DNA from: Chlorokybus atmophyticus
Lineage: Eukaryota; Plantae; Mesostigma and Chlorokybus algae
Direction of reading: 5' to 3'
NCBI GenBank assembly: GCA_009103225.1
Contig: RHPI01002090.1
Span: 246,625-310,624, forward strand
DNA length: 64,000 nt
The number at the start of each line of letters is the position of its first letter. Positions within the stretch are counted from its first letter, which is position 1. Below the pieces are notes generated by a model, which was not told the origin of the DNA, ran no database searches, and saw nothing but the letters and a program-made list of their open reading frames with translations. Below are positions 11,768 through 25,916 of the stretch, in pieces. The position numbers and the translations under genes were made by a program.

Positions 11768-13507
11768 TGCCGCCCTTATTCATGGTTAATAACAATCGTC
11801 CTCCCCTCCCCTCAGCCTTCTTCAAAAAGCACGCTAACGCAACGTCACCCTCACGTCATCAACCATGACAGCAATGTTGCTGGCACGAAGACAAACACAT
11901 GATAGTGATTGAACAGCGGCGGCAACAAAGGAAGAAGGGGTAACGAGCGTAGCGGCAAGGGGTGGGGGAAGGAGTGGAGGGGACATCGCGTGTTATCTGT
12001 ATAGGCTATCCAATAGGCACAGCTTGGCCCCTCTTTTGTTGTGCCTTATGTAAGGGACACGCAAGCGAGCACACACAACAATGACCAGCACGCATATAAC
12101 ACTGCAATGCATTCCTACACACATGCAGGCAGTGCTCAGCCGGCAGCCACAACCTCGCCCTCACACCGTGCAAGGAGCACCCGAGCAGGACTACTACGGC
12201 GAAGTGCATGGGGAGCAGCGGCGTCTGCCCGTGTCACCACGGTGGAGTACACAGGGGTGGATGGCGTAGTTTTGGATGGAGGCGGTAATGTGAGCGGAGG
12301 AGGAGGAGTCCGTTGGCTCTGCTGCTGCTGCTGCTGCCTCGGCAAAGACTGGGCCGCTAAGCAATGGCCGTTGTGCAGGTGAACGCATGTGCATGTGCAT
12401 GTGCATGTGCATGTGCATGCTTGCATGCTTGCATGGCTAACGGAGTAGTAGGGTCAGTGTAGTGTGTTAGGTAGTGAATGAACCCAGTGGTCAACCTTAC
12501 AACGGTGTTGTTTGTATGCGTTGTGTCACTCTGCATGCTGCTGACGGTGCATGCCACTATGCATGTGCGTTACCGTTTCGCATTGTCTGTGCAAGGCAAT
12601 AAATACATATGGCATGGTCGACCATTGCATGTTAGTAAAACGTTGACTGCTAGCAGCTTCAACAGCCTGCTAACAGGCATGATCTGTATGATAGCATAAG
12701 TGCATTCTCCTAATTTCTGACATGTGTGTTGTGTTCTGCTACATAAGGCAGTTTGTTGCATACGAACGACAGTGCACAGTGATATTCTGAGCTCCCGCGT
12801 GTGCGAATTCGTCCTTTCCAAGTGTATCATATTAGGGTAAAGGCTCCTTATTTGGCCATTCGCCCTAATTTGGCCAATACGTGGTTTTTGGCGGCTAGCT
12901 GGCCAACCCCTTACCCAATCGCGGTCAAACTTTAAACTAAGGTAGAACTAATGGTAATACACCTGCAAACCAAGTTTCGCGTCAAACGGCCAAGTGTGGC
13001 GCGAGATTTGAATTTTCAAAAGACTGTTTCAGTTAGGGTGATGCGTCCCACCTCCAACCCCCAACTTTACGTTTTAATAACTTTTGCAAGTAAATTGCAA
13101 ATATAGTGGGGTTTGTTCCCACGTGTTTCTACTGGTGTGTAGAGCTTATATATCAGCTCTCATGCCATTTGGGTTTGAAACGCAAATATTACATGTTGGT
13201 CTTGAGAGGGGTAATGGGTAAGTTTTTTTGCACATATGTTGAGTGATGAATAGCATGGCAAACGGGGAGGGGGGGGTGGCATTCAAGGGGCAAGTGAGTT
13301 TGCAAGCATTGTAGTTGATGGGCAAGTGTTGCAGTTGGTGCTGGTGCTAGTATGCAAGTGGTGGAGGGGTAGGTGAGGTAGGGGGGAGGTGACATGCACG
13401 GTGTGCTAGTGTAAGACACACTGCAAGTGTTGCATTGTGAGGCAGGCTGCAAGTGTTGCATTGCAAGTGTTATAGCTAAGTGTTACAGCTAAGTACAAGT
13501 CTTCTAT

Positions 13508-14936
13508 GAGTGGCTACCTATGGTGGCTGCTGGTAGCAGGGTAGGTGGCTTTGGGTTTTGCACCAACTTTGTCATCCTTGCGGACTTGCCGCTTAGACCA
13601 CTCTGTGACATCATGGCAGTCCTACTGACATCACCCTATGCAGGGCAAACGTGTAAGAGCAAAGACACCTGCACGCTCAGCCCGACGCAAAGGCTACAAA
13701 CGGTGGAGTGCTAGCATGGAGGACATCCAGCGTGCAGTGCAGGCGATAGCTCAAGGCTGCATGACCCTCACCGATGCTGTTCCAGAACTTGGCATCCCGA
13801 GGACAACCCTGCGCAGATATTGCTCCAACCCTGCTGCGTTGGATACTTACAGGTGAGAACTGAATGCAAGTTGCTGATGTGCACATGCAATGTGTGCAAG
13901 ACACTGAGTGCAAGTTGCTGATGTGCACATGCAAGTTGTGCAAGTAACTGACTGCAAGTTGCTGATGTCCAAATGCAATGTGTGTGCTGCAGGAATGCTG
14001 GCGCTGCACTCTGTGCACTGCACTCTGTTTACTGCTGAAGAAGAGACTGACCTGAAACAGTTCGTGATAGCTCGCAACAAGTGTGGGCGTGGTGTAACAT
14101 GGACTCAAGTTTGTATAGAGGCGGGGAAGAGACTTGTTGGAGATGAACGTGCAAGCTTGTGTGTGAGGGGCATACCTGGCAAGAAGTGGTGGTACGCTTT
14201 TAAAAAGAGATACAACCTTAGNCGAGTGGCTACCTATGGTGACTGCTGGTAGCAAGGTAGGTGGCTTTGGGCTTTGCACCAACTTTGTCATCCTTGCGGA
14301 CTTGCCGCTCAGACCACCCTGTGACATCATGGCAGTCCTACTGACATCACCCTATGCAGGGCAAACGTGTAAGAGCAAAGACACCTGCACGCTCAGCCCG
14401 ACGCAAAGGCTACAAACGGTGGAGTGCTAGCATGGAGGACATCCAGCGTGCAGTGCAAGCGATAGCTTAAGGCTGCATAACCCTCACCGATGCTGTTCCA
14501 GAACTTGGCATCCCGAGGACAACCCTGCGCAGATACCGCTCCAACCCTGCTGCGTTGGATACTTACAGGTGAGAACTGAATGCAAGTTGCTGATGTGCAA
14601 ATGCAATGTGTGCAAGACACTGAGTGCAAGTTGCTGATGTGCACATGCAAGTTGCGCAAGTAACTGACTGCAAGTTGCTGATGTGCAAATGCAATGTGTG
14701 TGCTGCAGGAATGCTGGCGCTGCACTCTGTGCACTGCACTCTGTTTACTGCTGAAGAAGAGACTGACCTGAAACAGTTCGTGATAGCTCGCAACAAGTGT
14801 GGGCGTGGTCTAACATGGACTCAAGTTTGTATAGAGGCGGGGAAGAGACTTGTTGGAAATGAACGTGCAAACTTGTGTGTGAGGGGCATACCTGGCAAGA
14901 AGTGGTGGTACGCTTTCAAGAAGAGACACAACCTTA
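13508..14936 (+). repeat. 716-bp tandem duplication of the transposase 5' region, joined at a single N (14222)
   Basis: 13508-14220 matches 14224-14936 with roughly 19 substitutions by my manual count. Confidence 0.9.
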
Positions 14937-16529
14937 GCTCTCGCAAAGCTGAAGCTCTTGACAAGTCCCGGAGGGTGTCCTTGAAGAGAGATGTTGTCTA
15001 CCATTACTTTAACTTGCTGGAGAAGACAGTTGCAGAGTTGGGAGTGGGACCAGAGCGCATCATTTCCGCTGATGAAGTGGGAGTTGAACCCGACACCGCA
15101 GTCCAAAACCAAAGGGTCATCTGTGAAAGGCAAGTATTAGCTGATGCATGTTGTGTCATGCAAATGAGTAGCTGCAAATGAGTAGCATGCTCACATGTTG
15201 CGTGGCTTGCAGTGGTGCCAGGCAGCAACCACAGGCAGCCGAGAACATGTCACCCTCATGGCTGCAGTCACTGGTGCTGGCTATGCCTTCCACCCTCTCG
15301 TAATCATGAAAGGCAAACGAGTAACCAAAGATTACCGCAAGTTCGATGTGGCCCAAGCTGTGTATGCTGCCCAAGAGAACGCGTGGATGACAACTGAGCT
15401 GTTCGAGTTGTGGATTTGCAAGCTGGTTGAATGGATGCCTGGCGGTGTGTCCCCTGCAAACCCTGCGCTGCTTGTTGTGGACGGCCATGTTAGTCGTTAC
15501 AACAGCGAGATGGTCAAGTATGCCATGCAGCGTGGGCTACACATCCTCGTCCTCCCCCCTCACACAACACACCGCCTGCAAGTCCTTGACGTCAGTTGCT
15601 TTCACCCCTTCAAGGAGGTCTACCGCAGGAAGTACAGAGAGCGCAAAAAAAAAAGATACAACCATGACCTTGGGAGGGAAGAGTTTTTGGAATTGCTTGT
15701 ACAACCATGGCGTGAAGGATTGTCCCCCAGCAACATCATCGGTGGCTTCAGAGCGTGTGGACTTTGGCCTCTCAACAAGCATGTGCTCGACAAGTACTTC
15801 CCTGCAGAAGACACTCACATCCCCCCCGCCATGCACAATCTCCTCAATGCCATTGACCTGGAAGCAGCTGCACAGTCAGAGTAGGGCCACACAGCAGCTG
15901 GAGCAGAGCATGCCCCAACATCAACAGCACAAGAGCAAGCTGGAATTGCACAGAAGAAGGGCAAGAAGAGGCTGCGCGGCATCTACTGCGCCCATATGTT
16001 GACAAGCCCAGAGCTGGCAGCTGCTCTGGAGAAGGAGAGACTGGAAGCGGAAGCAAAGGAACAGCAAGCAGTCGCACGCAAAGAGGCAGCAAAGCAGAAG
16101 AAGCAAGATGCAGCAGCAGCTGCCATTGAGAAGGCAGCTGCTGCTGAACTCAAGCGCAAAGCTGCTGCGCTCAAGCGCATGCAAAAGGCAAACCATGCAC
16201 AACAGAAGCAAGCGGACAAGTTGACAAAAGAGAGGGAGAAGCAGGAGGCGCAGCAGGCAGCTGATGCGGAGGCTCACCTTGTGTCGCAGCAGAGGGACAA
16301 GACAGGGAAGGAAGCGGAAGCCCTGCTGTTGCGCTATGTCTGGGACCCAATGGAGTGCCACAATCAGCTTGGGGAACCACTCTGGGACTGGGCGGAAAAC
16401 TTCTCCACAATGATGGTATCGCCAACGCTGTATGTACGTGAGCAAGCCAGGGCTGCAGGCGCAAGTTGGAGGGCAAAGAAGACTAGACGACAGGCAGAGA
16501 TTCATAGATGCCTGCAAGCAAACAGCTAG
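13638..16529 (+). pseudogene. Intron-containing transposase: HTH_psq + CENP-B-type HTH + DDE_1 (DD35D) + coiled-coil tail; disrupted
   Basis: YKRWSASMEDIQRAVQAI...GIPRTTLRRY; TLFTAEEETDL...WWYAFKKRH; ISADEVG; LLVVDGH followed 35 residues later by LQVLD; in-frame TAG at 15882-84 followed by 37 open codons into MLTSPELAAALEKE; TAA at 14468-70 in the duplicated first exon. Confidence 0.88.
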
Positions 16530-16653
16530 TTAGGCCTAGTACACACGCATGTGCATAGGCAGAACCTTGTACATAAAACAACAACTTGCAACAATGCAAC
16601 CATGCTATCAAAACGCACGCTGTGACATACTGTGACATACTCACACGCAAGCA

Positions 16654-16655
<2 letters not shown>

Positions 16656-16729
<74 letters not shown>

Positions 16730-16732
16730 GCG
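16656..16732. repeat. Compound microsatellite (CA)n-(CG)n inside the transposon 3' region
   Basis: About 30 CA units directly followed by about 9 CG units. Confidence 0.95.
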
Positions 16733-18469
16733 CACAACCTATGGCATGCATCTGCTCTAAGCCGCCGCCATTGCCTACCTCCTGCAGCGACACCGCCGCC
16801 GCCGCCCTCGCCAACCTCCTGCACAACAACCTCACAAACCACAACCATCTTGGCGGGCGGCTATGGCGGCAGTTTCCCACCATCTCATCAGCCTCGTAGT
16901 GGCTGCGTTACAGCCTGTAAGCGCCACAGACAATCGCCTGCGGCCCTGACCCTCACCCCGCCATCACCACCCATCACCACTGCCTGTGACGCTAGCACAG
17001 GCGGCTCTGAAGTGGCCAAATTAGGGCAAAACTGATGGCGCCTCAAAGACGATACCACCCCTACTTTGGCGCGCCATAAGTTGAGATGTACTCATTAAAA
17101 AATCAAAATAAAAATAGTTCTGGATAGCCTAGGTCCTAAGGAACAATAAACTTATACACTTTACTGCCAAATAAGTTAAGTGGCGGTCGCAATAAACTTA
17201 AAACCGCGAAAATGGGCCAGATTAGGAGCCTTTACTCTATTAGAAGGTAAGACAAGCAGGTGAAGTCGAAAAACAATTACCGTTTTGTTAATGCAACACA
17301 ATCAGCATGCTTTCCGCGCCTCGTTTTAGCGACTGAAGTGACAACTGATTCTACCAATGAACTCAATCTTTATTACCACGCAACAGATGCAGCTTGGATT
17401 TTAAGCGCGCATTATAGTATATAATTTTGGCATATAATTACAACATATACATAATTATATATGCCAATTTGTTGCAAGAGTTTGATCCACAAGTGGAAGC
17501 AGCTTCAGGCCTTGTAGCCTACATGCCTACAGTTAAACCGCCTTTTTGGGCAGCTGCGTATTGCAATTCGTTGATATGAAGTACGTATTATTGACATGAA
17601 GCATATATAAGTAGAAGTATATATATCACTAAAAGTCGGCTATCATCTTGTGAATAATACTATTTAAATTGTATAACATGGACATGGATTCCCATATGAT
17701 CTCCCTCTCTGTATGCACAGATGGGGCCATTCTTTATATGCTTGGAAAGAGTGTGCATGTGCTTATATGTCGTGAATTTTGCCTGGTGGGAGATGTGCTC
17801 TCGTGCAAAATGTGCACACACAGAGGGTGTGCATAGTTCGGGTGTGCATACAATAAGGTTAAATTGTATTTGCAATAAGTATACGGCTGTGTTATTAACA
17901 ATCTTACAAGGACAAAGTTACGTGTTGGGTTTCATTATGTCAACCGTGATACTACATATTAAATATTATATACCGTAATATATTACTATCGTGAGAATAT
18001 AAAAATCACATCCTATGGTGTTGCCTCATCAATACTAGAGAATAATATGTGCTATATGTGCTATGTGCTAGGTTGAAAAAACCTGGTTAAATAAACACTA
18101 CAATGTGAACCAGTAATATATATTTATGCAATCATTACCTGTTTTACAATAACACGCAGTCCGTGGATATACGGCAAGGCAAACTTCAAGTTGCATGGAC
18201 AATCACACGAAAATGTACATGATCACTGCAGTTCAGTGAACCAACGTCGGCGTTTTGCCGCTCGCTGCTACGGTTCGCTGCCACTTGGACGTTGGGCAAT
18301 CGCTGTGTGTCAGCTGCGGCGGTGGTGGTGGTGGTGTCGTCGTTGTCGTCGGTGGTGGCGGCGAGGGCAAGCTGATTGGCAAGCTGGGCGTCGCTCAGCG
18401 CACGCAGTAGGCTTAACAATGCGTAGGTAGTACAGTCACAGCTGTAGCCTGCTGCGAGGCAGCCATAGC

Positions 18470-21400
18470 ATGGCGGCGATCTCGCCGGACAGCGGGTCCC
18501 CTGTGGCCTCTGCTGCCGGCGCCAATGCCGCAGATGGCCCCAAAGATGTCCTCGTGGAGGCTCGCAGGGTGCTCGTTTGTGGTGAGTCGCCTGTGTGTCA
18601 GCCTAGCCGTCATTGAGGCGCGGTGTATGCTTCTAGCAGGTGTCTAGCAGAAGACTAAACAGGCGGCAAACCATAGGTTGCAGGGTTGTCGTAGATAGAT
18701 AGATCTTTTGGCCATGCTGTCAATAACAATAAGCTCATGCTTGCGTTAAAGTTATTGCGACTTGCTAGTATTGTTATAGCTGCGCTGTTCAAGCACTCAG
18801 TATGCAGCAAAGCCTTTCCTTCCTGTGTGCCACAGCTGCACATCGACCATATCAGCTTGCATTCGTTGCCAATGCGCAGTTTACTAGGTGCTCAGCACTA
18901 CTCAGTGCCAGTGGTCACTCGCATACCGCACCGGTATACACACAACCAAAGCATTGTATGCCCTGCGTGTCGTCGTGTTGGTGGCGCAGCTTGCCCATCA
19001 AGCATATACTGGAAACAAGACGCATATCAGCATTCGGTTGATACGAGTGCAATTTACACGTGGTCATGTAACTGGTACTTGATGATGTGCAACAGTGGAG
19101 GACTTGGGTCGGCGTTGCTGGCAGCCTGTGCAAAAGCACTTCGAGGCGCGGGTACCACTTCGGCGACTGATCCTCAACAACAAGTTTGGCAGCCCTGCTC
19201 TGGTCACCAGCTTGCCTGTCGAGTTTGCACTGGCCAGCGACCCGCGCATTCTGGGCCTCGCTCGCCTCGGCAAAGACCCCATGCATTCTTATAGGACGCC
19301 CTACGCAAAGCTATTTCTCGTGACATGCGAGGTGTGGTTACGGGCAGAGCCGATCAGCTGTATATATGAGTAGCACCTGTGCATGGCTTTATACAAGCAT
19401 GCTTGTGACACATTGCAGGAGATTGATGACTACAAGACGTTCTACAAGGAGAACATCCGCCCAAAGCTGCGCTCCGCTATTGAACAGGAGCAGTATGAAT
19501 GGTGCATAGTGTACATAGAGAGTCCAGTTTTGGTTGCAGCCGATCCAAGCTATTCCAAGAAGCTGTTTGACAAAGTGAAGGACGATTTCAACACGCGGAA
19601 GCGCAAAAGGTAACCACAAGCTGCCTGGCAACATGCGCGCTCAGGCTATCCTTAGAAGTGAACATCCAGGCGCATTTACACCTTGCGCATGCATCAGATG
19701 GTGCAAGGTGTTGATAGTACATTAAGGCTACAATGATATGTTTGTTTGCGTGAACCGGACAGTTCACTGACTGCGAGTACTCACTGTTCCAGATGTTGTA
19801 AATTGCCAGCAAAGTTTTGGGAGGGTGGTGCAGCAGCTTGGCAAGATGTTGAAGATAAGGTTGCAGAGTGCATACAGGTACTTTGAAAACTTTGGTTGGC
19901 CAGCGAGGCAATTGTAGGAATCAACATTGGCCTTCTCTGCAGTTGTGCTTCGACCAAAGGCGCACGTGGTACGAGGCAGAAGTACGCAGAATGTCCGAGC
20001 AGCGGTTTGCTGCAGATGGCGATTTTGCTCGATTTTTTCTTGTAAAGGTGCTGCATTGTTTGTTGTCATTGATGCTAAACAGCAACCGCTAGCACAATGA
20101 CATGCACGCATTGGGAGAAACAGTACTATAGGTATCAGCATTTCTACACACTACCACGTTAAATTGTTTATGGGCGCCTTGCAGGAAAGCTTGGCGTTTA
20201 TGTTTGAGCTTGCGGGGTTGCATGAAGATGCGTTATACGAGTACGATGAGTTGGAGGCGGCGTTTGCGGAAACAAGTGAGCGAAGTTTTTGTTGACCACC
20301 TCAATGTGCAGCTGGGTTACTGCTGGGTTCTGCCAATGGCTAGTTATACAACGGGCGCTGCATGTGGTTGTAGTGAACTGTTGCTGTCGTTTTGCGGGAT
20401 GGTGTAGGACCACATACACTGTAGGACCACTTACACTGTTCGCATGCTGTAAGGCTAATTGTTTGGACTTTGTGCAGTGAAGGGGGCCATGTTTACAAAG
20501 CATGGTTTTGGTGGTATGGATGTCGGGGACGACTGGGCTAGCTTGCTTGACTACAAGCGGAAGCCTGTGCGCCAGAGGATGGCAGCCAACGTTATTGTCG
20601 AGTTTGATGTTTGGCAATACCTGTTTGCCCGCCAAGCAAAGGCAAGCCTGACAAGCCGTATATAGTATTCTTGTCTGGTTTAGAGCAGACTTGGGTGTGT
20701 TGGATTACCAACAGTTGATTCTGTGCTGGCAGCTTCTGTTCATGGCAAACCGCGCTATGGAGGTTGCTGAAAGAAGCCTAGCATTCATCCAGGCCTTCTC
20801 CTTCACGTTAGCGAGACATCAGGTATCTACTTTACCATAGGTGTGAGTTGCAGTTGCTGTATCAGCAGGAAAGCTTTGTGAACATGGATTACTGTTATGG
20901 TATTTGTTGGCTTTATGTCTTACCCAAGAGAGGAGAAGTTGAAGTTGAAGTTGAAACAGTAGTGTTTTGGGTGGGTGGGCGGGGTGGGTGGGGGCAAACA
21001 GAGGGAGCTGCCTAACTTACTTGCGTCGCAGGATTTGTTTTCTCCAGGCTTCAGGGAGCTGTGGGTGATGTCCGCATGTCTGACGATAGCCAAGTGCACA
21101 GCTGACGCACAGGTAAGCATTGGCACAAATCTCTGTGGCCCAAGTTCTGTATGGAAGTTGCGCCCACGGGAACAGGACCTATCTGCACAGTTGCCACCCC
21201 ATGTTGACGCCTTGAAGACTGATACGAACTTGGTTTTTAACTTGAACCATGGCAGCCATACGCTGGGCGTGCGGCGGGTGCGGAGCAAGGCCGGCGTCAT
21301 TTCCATCAGCTGCAAGCTGATTTGTACTCCTATGCCCGCACCAAGGTAGCACTCAATGTGTTGTTTGAGTTGACACCAAGCATCCTGATTTTCAGGTAAC

Positions 21401-24400
21401 TCGTTTAACCTTTTGGTGCTCTTGTCAGTTGCTGAAGCTTGGTGCTTACCAAGGCATGGCAAGCAATATTGAAAGCTCTCCATGTATCTTTTCAAGGTAC
21501 TCAGGCCAGTAGGAGTCCTTGCAGAAAAATGGCTATTGCGTTGTCCAGTCAAGCGCGCACGGCGCTGCCATGTGTTGCAGTACTCAGTTCACCTTTTGTT
21601 ATCCCTGCACTCAGTGACTTGGCTACACCGCAAACAACACCTCGCATACGCGCCGCCACTTGGCCTGTGAAGCATCAGCGACAGGTATTTTTATTGGGTA
21701 CCCATTGCGCATCATGTGTTCATGTGGCGGTAACACGCCAGAACATCTTGACAGGTCCATCATGAACTGCCTCCAAGTGGATTGCGGCGCACGGTGCGCG
21801 CAGATTCTGCGGAGTATGTACATAGTGAAGCTGATGACGCAAGGTCCGATGCGGGCTCGACGTCAACGCGAGATGTTGGCGATGAGCGCCCGAGCATTGA
21901 CGGGGATGCAGAGCTTGCTACCGACAATGAAGCAAGCACAAGCGACTCCACGCAAGTGCATCAATCGCAAAATGGACGGGCACGGTGGCACAGCCGGACA
22001 TCCTCCGCCTCCTCCATTGACTTGTAAGTTATCTTGTAACACACTTGTGTTAATTACAACTTGGATACAGCACCGGTGAAAGGCTGCTTTTTGGACTGCA
22101 GGAACAGCAATAGCAATGGCCACATGGTCGTTGATGAAGGTAGTGACATCGGCACACCTGTTGGCTACCCACCCGAGGATGGACGCGACACCTTACCTGC
22201 CGAGTTTTCTATTACGTCACCCACGGATGTGCGCAAGCAGCGCGTGCATAGCTTTCTAAGCCCCTCGCAGCTTCAGCAGGCACTTAATTCGCAAAGGTTG
22301 TTTGAAGACTTGTATATAGAAGTTGCATTTTTAGCCGCTGAGAGTTACAGGGATGCTGGGTGGTTTCGCAATGCTGCCCTGCTTGATGGAGAGATAGGCG
22401 CTCTGCACTACTGCCGCAAAGAGTACGAGTTTGCTGTGGCCGCTTATGCACGCCAATGTGCACTTTACCACAAGGAATGCTGGACGTCACTGCTCGCAAA
22501 GTCGCTGCCTAGGCTTGCTGAATCACAGGTAATGTATCCATGGTTACGTGCACAATCCAATTGCATGTGTGGACAACGACTTTGCAAGCTGTCTTTTACG
22601 TCAGCATGGTTTAAAGAACATTACTGCTGGTAGCCCGGCTGCGATAAGCATGCAGTCAGGCTTATGCAACACAGCTTACAGCTCGTTGTCAAGGCTGCTG
22701 TCAAACAATAAGTTGTTGCTTGGCAGAGGCGCACAGGTGATATCAGGGGCATGATTGCCACCAGCCTGCAGTTGCTTAGTTTGCCATCTGAGTTTCTATT
22801 GGACAGACAGTTCTGGCAAGAGCAGCTTGTATCAGGAGCTCGCGCAGAGGAAGGTGTCTCACCTCTTACGGAGGATGCGTCCGGTCTTCTGCTCTTCGCC
22901 CCCCAAGATGGGCCTCTGATGGAAGTATGCGCTGGGGACGCAGCAACCCTCACTTTAGCCGTGCACAGCGGGTTTCCACACACTGTCGTATTCGACAGCC
23001 TGAGCGTGAGCCTTTGTCTTGACCAAAGCGGCAGCGGGGGCGAGTTGGCTGGCATAGTCGTGGCGCGTACTGAAGGGTCTGAGGAGTGGGCTCTCGTCCC
23101 TGGAGAGAACCATGTGCCTTTCAGCCTTACCGTTCGTGAAGAGGGTGACTACATCCCGTTGACACTGTATGCCAATCTTGGAGCTCTGCTTATGCAGTCA
23201 CATGCCTGCAGGCAAAGGTGGGCATTGTGTCTGCCAGTATTTGTTGGCGCACAGCTTGCTTTGCCCATCTGCTCAACCTGCAGTTGTCTTATGGGCACAG
23301 GTTTGTTGCTGTTGGCGTGCGGGGCGACGCAAAACCCAGCAGTGCTGCAGACAGCGAAAGCTCAACTCCCAGCCCGCTAGCACGACAAAGTATGAACGAC
23401 AGTCCATTCGATGTGAAGGAGGCCGCGCAGGTTCCATTACGCTATGGACCTGAAGCTGTGGGGCCCGTGCAAGCTTTTACGCGTCCTGCTGTGCAGGTCA
23501 GTACTCTTAATCTTGTCTTATTGCTTATGAAGTGCATTCCTTGAGTACATTGCTTGCGTAAATGCAACTTTTGTCTGCCAGCTTCACCAATGCATTTCCT
23601 GACTTGCTGCAGGCTTCGCCAGAAAGGCCACGTGTGGAAGCCGAAGTCGTGCAGCATGGGCCGCTTGTGCTTGGTCAACCGCAGTGGCTGCCGTTGTTGA
23701 TAAGACCTCTGCATGATGCTTTGACTGCAGCAGAGCTGCAAATCATGGAGCAGGCTGGTCTGCAACTCGATGCTGAGGAGGCTGTTGCCGTTACCACTGC
23801 ATCAGATCAAGCTTCAGTCTGCCCCTTAAAACATGGTGTCATGTCCCTTCCTGCATGGGCTGACACCGAAGCATCCATCATCTGGCTTAGGCTCCGTGCA
23901 GCAACAACAGTGCAGTCTGTTGCAAGTACTCGTATAACACCGAGCGGTTCACGGCAGTCGTCTCAAGGCGCTTCTCCAGCAATGGTCCCAATGTCGCCTT
24001 CAAGCGAGCAGCCGGATTCCCCCCCCATGCTTGACATCTCGTCATTCCTATCCGCTGCAACAAAAGCAACCTTTGCTGAGAAGCTAGTTGGTGCTGTGCA
24101 GCACACCTTGTCGATTGTTTTGGTCTATGGTCGGGGTGGCAGAACTTTCAGCAGGTAGGCATGACCCACATTTTTAGCTTTCTCTCTACTACTGCCTCTC
24201 ATGCGAGTTTGCCTGTAGACACTTTGATCTCCAATTTGCTGAGCCCTTTCGAATACGAAACAAAGCAGTCAAGATTGGGAGCAAGATCGCGCTGCAGGCA
24301 TGTGATGCTTGATACTGCATGTGTGGCCTGTGCTCGGGTTTTGACGTGTCTGCTGTCATATGTGCAGGTCAACTTGCGGTCGCAGCTGCTTGGGCAAACA

Positions 24401-25084
24401 CTCCTCTCCAATGCAACCTTATCCTTGGAGGAGTCAAAAGCGACCGCAACCCTGCAGGGCTCCTTGCTGCCATTAAGGATTGGAGCAGAAGCGCAGGCAG
24501 CGCTGCTTTTCATGATAAACATCCCATCTCCAGTGACGTCTGCCAGCACAGGACAGCTTGTGATTGAGTACTCGTTTCCACCTTGTCTGCGACCTGAGTA
24601 CCCAGTTCCAGCTAGAGTGCAGGATGAGAGTCGCGCTCTCACGTATTGTTGCACAGTGGCTCTGCCAGTGATGTCATGACCATTCCGGTTGCTCTTCTAC
24701 ATGTGGCCAATCTTGGCACGCACTGTCCAGCGTTGCACCTGGTAAGTTGCGCTACCGCACATCCTTGCCGACTAGAGCTCCAACTCACGAGGCCTTGTTG
24801 TGCCAGGTGAATGTGTCAGCGCTGGTGAAGCTGTGGCAGACAACGTTCCTCGTGATGGCAGTGATGGCAAGGCAATACAAGTTGCTGCAGCTCTTCTGCT
24901 GAGCGGTCCGCCTGCATGTTTCAAGTGCTGGTGTGGTTGGCGTCATCTTGCATATGGGACATAGCCACCGATTGTTTGCACCTCCAGATCGCTTCTCCCA
25001 TGCATGCCTACCATCACAGCGTGGGTATATTCGGCAGTGTATGCGCCACATGTCCAGCTGTATGGCATAGCGGCAAACGTATGA
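18470..25084 (+). CDS. TRAPPC10: TRAPP II subunit TRAPPC10/TRS130; many exons, 3' end approximate
   Basis: VEDLGRRCWQPVQKHFEARVPLR...LPVEFALASD...YRTPYAKLFLVTCE|EIDDYKTFYKENIRPKL...EWCIVYI; FDVWQYLFARQAK|LLFMANRAMEVAERSL; FEDLYIEVAFLAAESYRDAGWFRNA; closely follows the plant TRS130 pattern. Confidence 0.9.
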
Positions 25085-25563
25085 CGTAAGCCATTGCCAC
25101 ACATGGCGGTATTACGTTCATGCGATTGTTGCATGGTACAGGTTTCCAGTTGCTGTGTCACTTGGTCGCACACGCATAATCCACTTTTCGCAGGCTACAT
25201 GCCTTCTATACGTTTATGCACATGTGGCTTCTATACATAGGTTGCATGACACCCCTTGCATGACACCCCTTGCATGCAACCTATGAGGCAAAACATCTTT
25301 TGTATACTCGCACGCTCTGTCAGTCCCACACCTACTCGGTCCACCACACAGCGGTACAGTCCTTTCTAAAAATGTCAGAACAGTCTAGTTGAGACTGGTG
25401 TGATGGGTGGCGTGCGTGCGTGCGTGTGTAAGGGATATATGACGTGCTGTTGTGCACACGCAACACCGTGCTACATGCACACCACCTCAACATCACATGC
25501 ATACTACTACATACCTCACCAAGTAGTGACCATCGCGCTACATGGTCTACTGCTGTGTGTGTG

Positions 25564-25594
<31 letters not shown>

Positions 25595-25916
25595 AACATA
25601 TCGGATGCAGGGATTGTATCATGCATGAGCGTGTCATACACATGCCAACAATCAGCACAATCAGCACACTACACTATCACACTCACATTCACCACCGGGT
25701 TGGTTGCTATCTACTTACCTACCTTCACTAACGCCCTTACCCCGTGACACACACATGCATGCATGCAATTGTAATTACCTGTGTCAAGCACAGTGTGTGC
25801 GTGCGCATGCGCATGCGTCACCGCGTGAGGAAAAGCAGCACAGCGCGCGACGCACACCACATGTACATAGATTGACATCAGTTGAGACTGGATTGCCCCA
25901 CCTAGTATGCATTGCA

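Larger units (their letters stand above)
12835..17237 (+). mobile_element. pogo-superfamily (Fot-like, DD35D) DNA transposon, 4.4 kb
   Basis: TIRs GGGTAAAGGCTCCTTATTTGGCC (12835) vs reverse complement GAGTAAAGGCTCCTAATCTGGCC (ending 17237); TA duplicated at 12833-34 and 17238-39; inner motif GCCCTAATTTGGCCA (12862-76) recurs inverted at ~17013-27. Confidence 0.9.

Noticed and set aside
12041-12382. Exon-like GC-rich segment with acceptor and donor sites on the + strand
   Set aside because: No recognisable domain, poly-Cys/Gly low complexity, and no linkable partner exons.
15130-15131. GC donor in the transposase intron (AAG|GCAAGT)
   Set aside because: Its phase does not match the available acceptors; the GT at 15134 restores the frame.
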